DNA from: Podarcis gaigeae
Taxonomy: Eukaryota
DNA: 64,000 nt
NCBI GenBank assembly: GCA_964106915.2
Contig: OZ066919.1
Direction: 5' to 3' (one strand)
Part shown: positions 62,573 to 64,000 of the stretch, piece by piece
How positions within the stretch are numbered: position 1 is the stretch's first letter
How the letters are laid out: each line of letters starts with the position of its first letter
Notes under the pieces: generated by a model
Databases searched by the model: none
Told to the model about the DNA's origin: nothing
Seen by the model: the letters and a program-made list of their open reading frames with translations, nothing else
Translations under genes and position numbers: made by a program

Positions 62573-63465
62573 TATGAAAGTGTAATGCTACATACACTAA
62601 CATATTCCCCCTTCTCCCTCCCATACTAGTGACCCAGAAATATACTGCAGTTCTTCAACACTTTGTGGCTGTGAGCAAGGGAAACTGGGAGAACTAGAGG
62701 AGTGGGGCCATAGAGGTGTTTGTGGCTCAGACCAGATCAAGATTCAGGATGAGGTTTTTGTATATTTCGGAGCATGAAGGCCAAGTGTTATATGATGATA
62801 AAGCAAACGTGTCAGGTATTCATAAATGTGTTATAGGTTGGAATATTAAAGCAGATCTTTATGTGCTACCCACATTTCAAATGTTGTAGAGGTTTATGCA
62901 GCTGCTTTAATGCCAGAGGCTAAATTTTTGGCAGCTGCATAGTATTTTTGAATGTTTTTTCTTAGGAGGAGAGTTTAAAGAAAACTAATAAAGCATCGTT
63001 TGAACAAGACAGTCAGATTAGATGGTCATCCAAAATCTTAGGCATACAGAAGTATACTGCTTCAAATTTTGGACACTTCAGAAGCAAACAAGTCAGAGAC
63101 TGCTATTGTAGAAATGGAAAACTAAGTTAAGGGTAATTTGAAGAAAAACTGTTGACAGTTTTCACTTGTGAATTTTTTTTGGCATTATGTCCTTTAGAAA
63201 GCATGGTCAGTGTGGACTGTGTTGCAGTTAAAGGAAAGGAAAGAATAAATTTTGATGATTTCATTTGAATTGTCTGAAAACCACTCGTCCAGTGGTCTCC
63301 CGAAACAGGAACTAATGGTGAGGGCCTAGTTCTGGAACTTTACTCATGCAGTCACAACACCTCCTGACAAGTTCTACTTGCCACTGGAGAAGAAGAAAAT
63401 GTGCATGCTCAGAAATGAACTGAGTGTAAGTTCCACAGAGAAGTATTAAGGCAATAGGGTATTAA

Positions 63466-63809
63466 AAAGGGTAAAGGGACCCCTGACCATTAGGTCCAGT
63501 CGTGACCGACTCTGGGGTTGCGGCGCTCATCTTGCTTTATTAGCCGAGGGAGCCGGCATACAGCTTCCAGGTCATATGGCCAGCATGACTAAGCCGCTTC
63601 TGGCGAACCAGAGCAGCACACGGAAACGCCGTTTACCTTCCTGCTGGAGCGCTACCTATTTAACTACTTGCACTTTTATGTGCTTCCGAACTGCTAGATT
63701 GGCAGGAGCAGGGACTGAGCAACGGGAGCTCACCCCGTCGAGGGGATTCAAACCGCCGTCCTTCTGATCAGCAAGTCCTAGGCTCAGTGGTTTAACCCAC
63801 CCGCGTCCC
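63466..63809 (-). mobile_element. Near full-length Sauria SINE with TSD
   Basis: Reverse-complement match to 46058-46410; TSD AATAGGGTATTAA at 63453-63465 and 63810-63822. Confidence 0.95.
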
Positions 63810-64000
63810 AATAGGGTATTAAGCATGCACAAATGACTTACAGGCATACCTTGTTTTATTACCACGACTTCAACCAAAACCAGAATGTGGAAACCTCTGT
63901 TTAAGTTTGGAAGGCAACCTCGGTTGTGTCTAAACTAGGACATGAATGTGTAGATATGCATTTCCATGTATGTTTTGCTGTTTCCTGGTGTTTGTGTCCC

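Overview
This is vertebrate genomic DNA from a squamate reptile. A lacertid lizard is most likely, judged from Podarcis-type Sauria SINEs together with BovB, Squam3, CR1, L2 and Penelope-like repeats. Bases 1-~14.9 kb hold the 3' part of MAST2 (microtubule-associated serine/threonine kinase 2) on the + strand. Nine coding exons (1370-1479, 3168-3319, 4972-5258, 6247-6462, 7993-8219, 9458-9580, 11030-11166, 11603-11790, 12240-14341) all have canonical GT-AG junctions and splice in frame to about 1180 aa. That peptide covers the end of the AGC C-terminal domain, the PDZ domain and a long disordered tail, followed by a 3' UTR. After a 162-N assembly gap (16103-16264), the remaining ~48 kb has no coding exon I can recognise. 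It is a mosaic of SINEs, LINE 3' fragments, MITEs with clear TIRs and TSDs, probable solo LTRs, microsatellites and candidate cis-regulatory sequence. I found no convincing new biological system. The best leads are a solo LTR carrying a 40-bp tandem array of CCAAT/NF-Y boxes, a ~160-bp near-perfect hairpin, splice-regulatory features in MAST2, CTCF-like motifs (one inside a probable MITE), and the absence of the PIK3R3 neighbour expected from mammals. Repeat family names and comparisons with human MAST2 come from recall, not from database searches.
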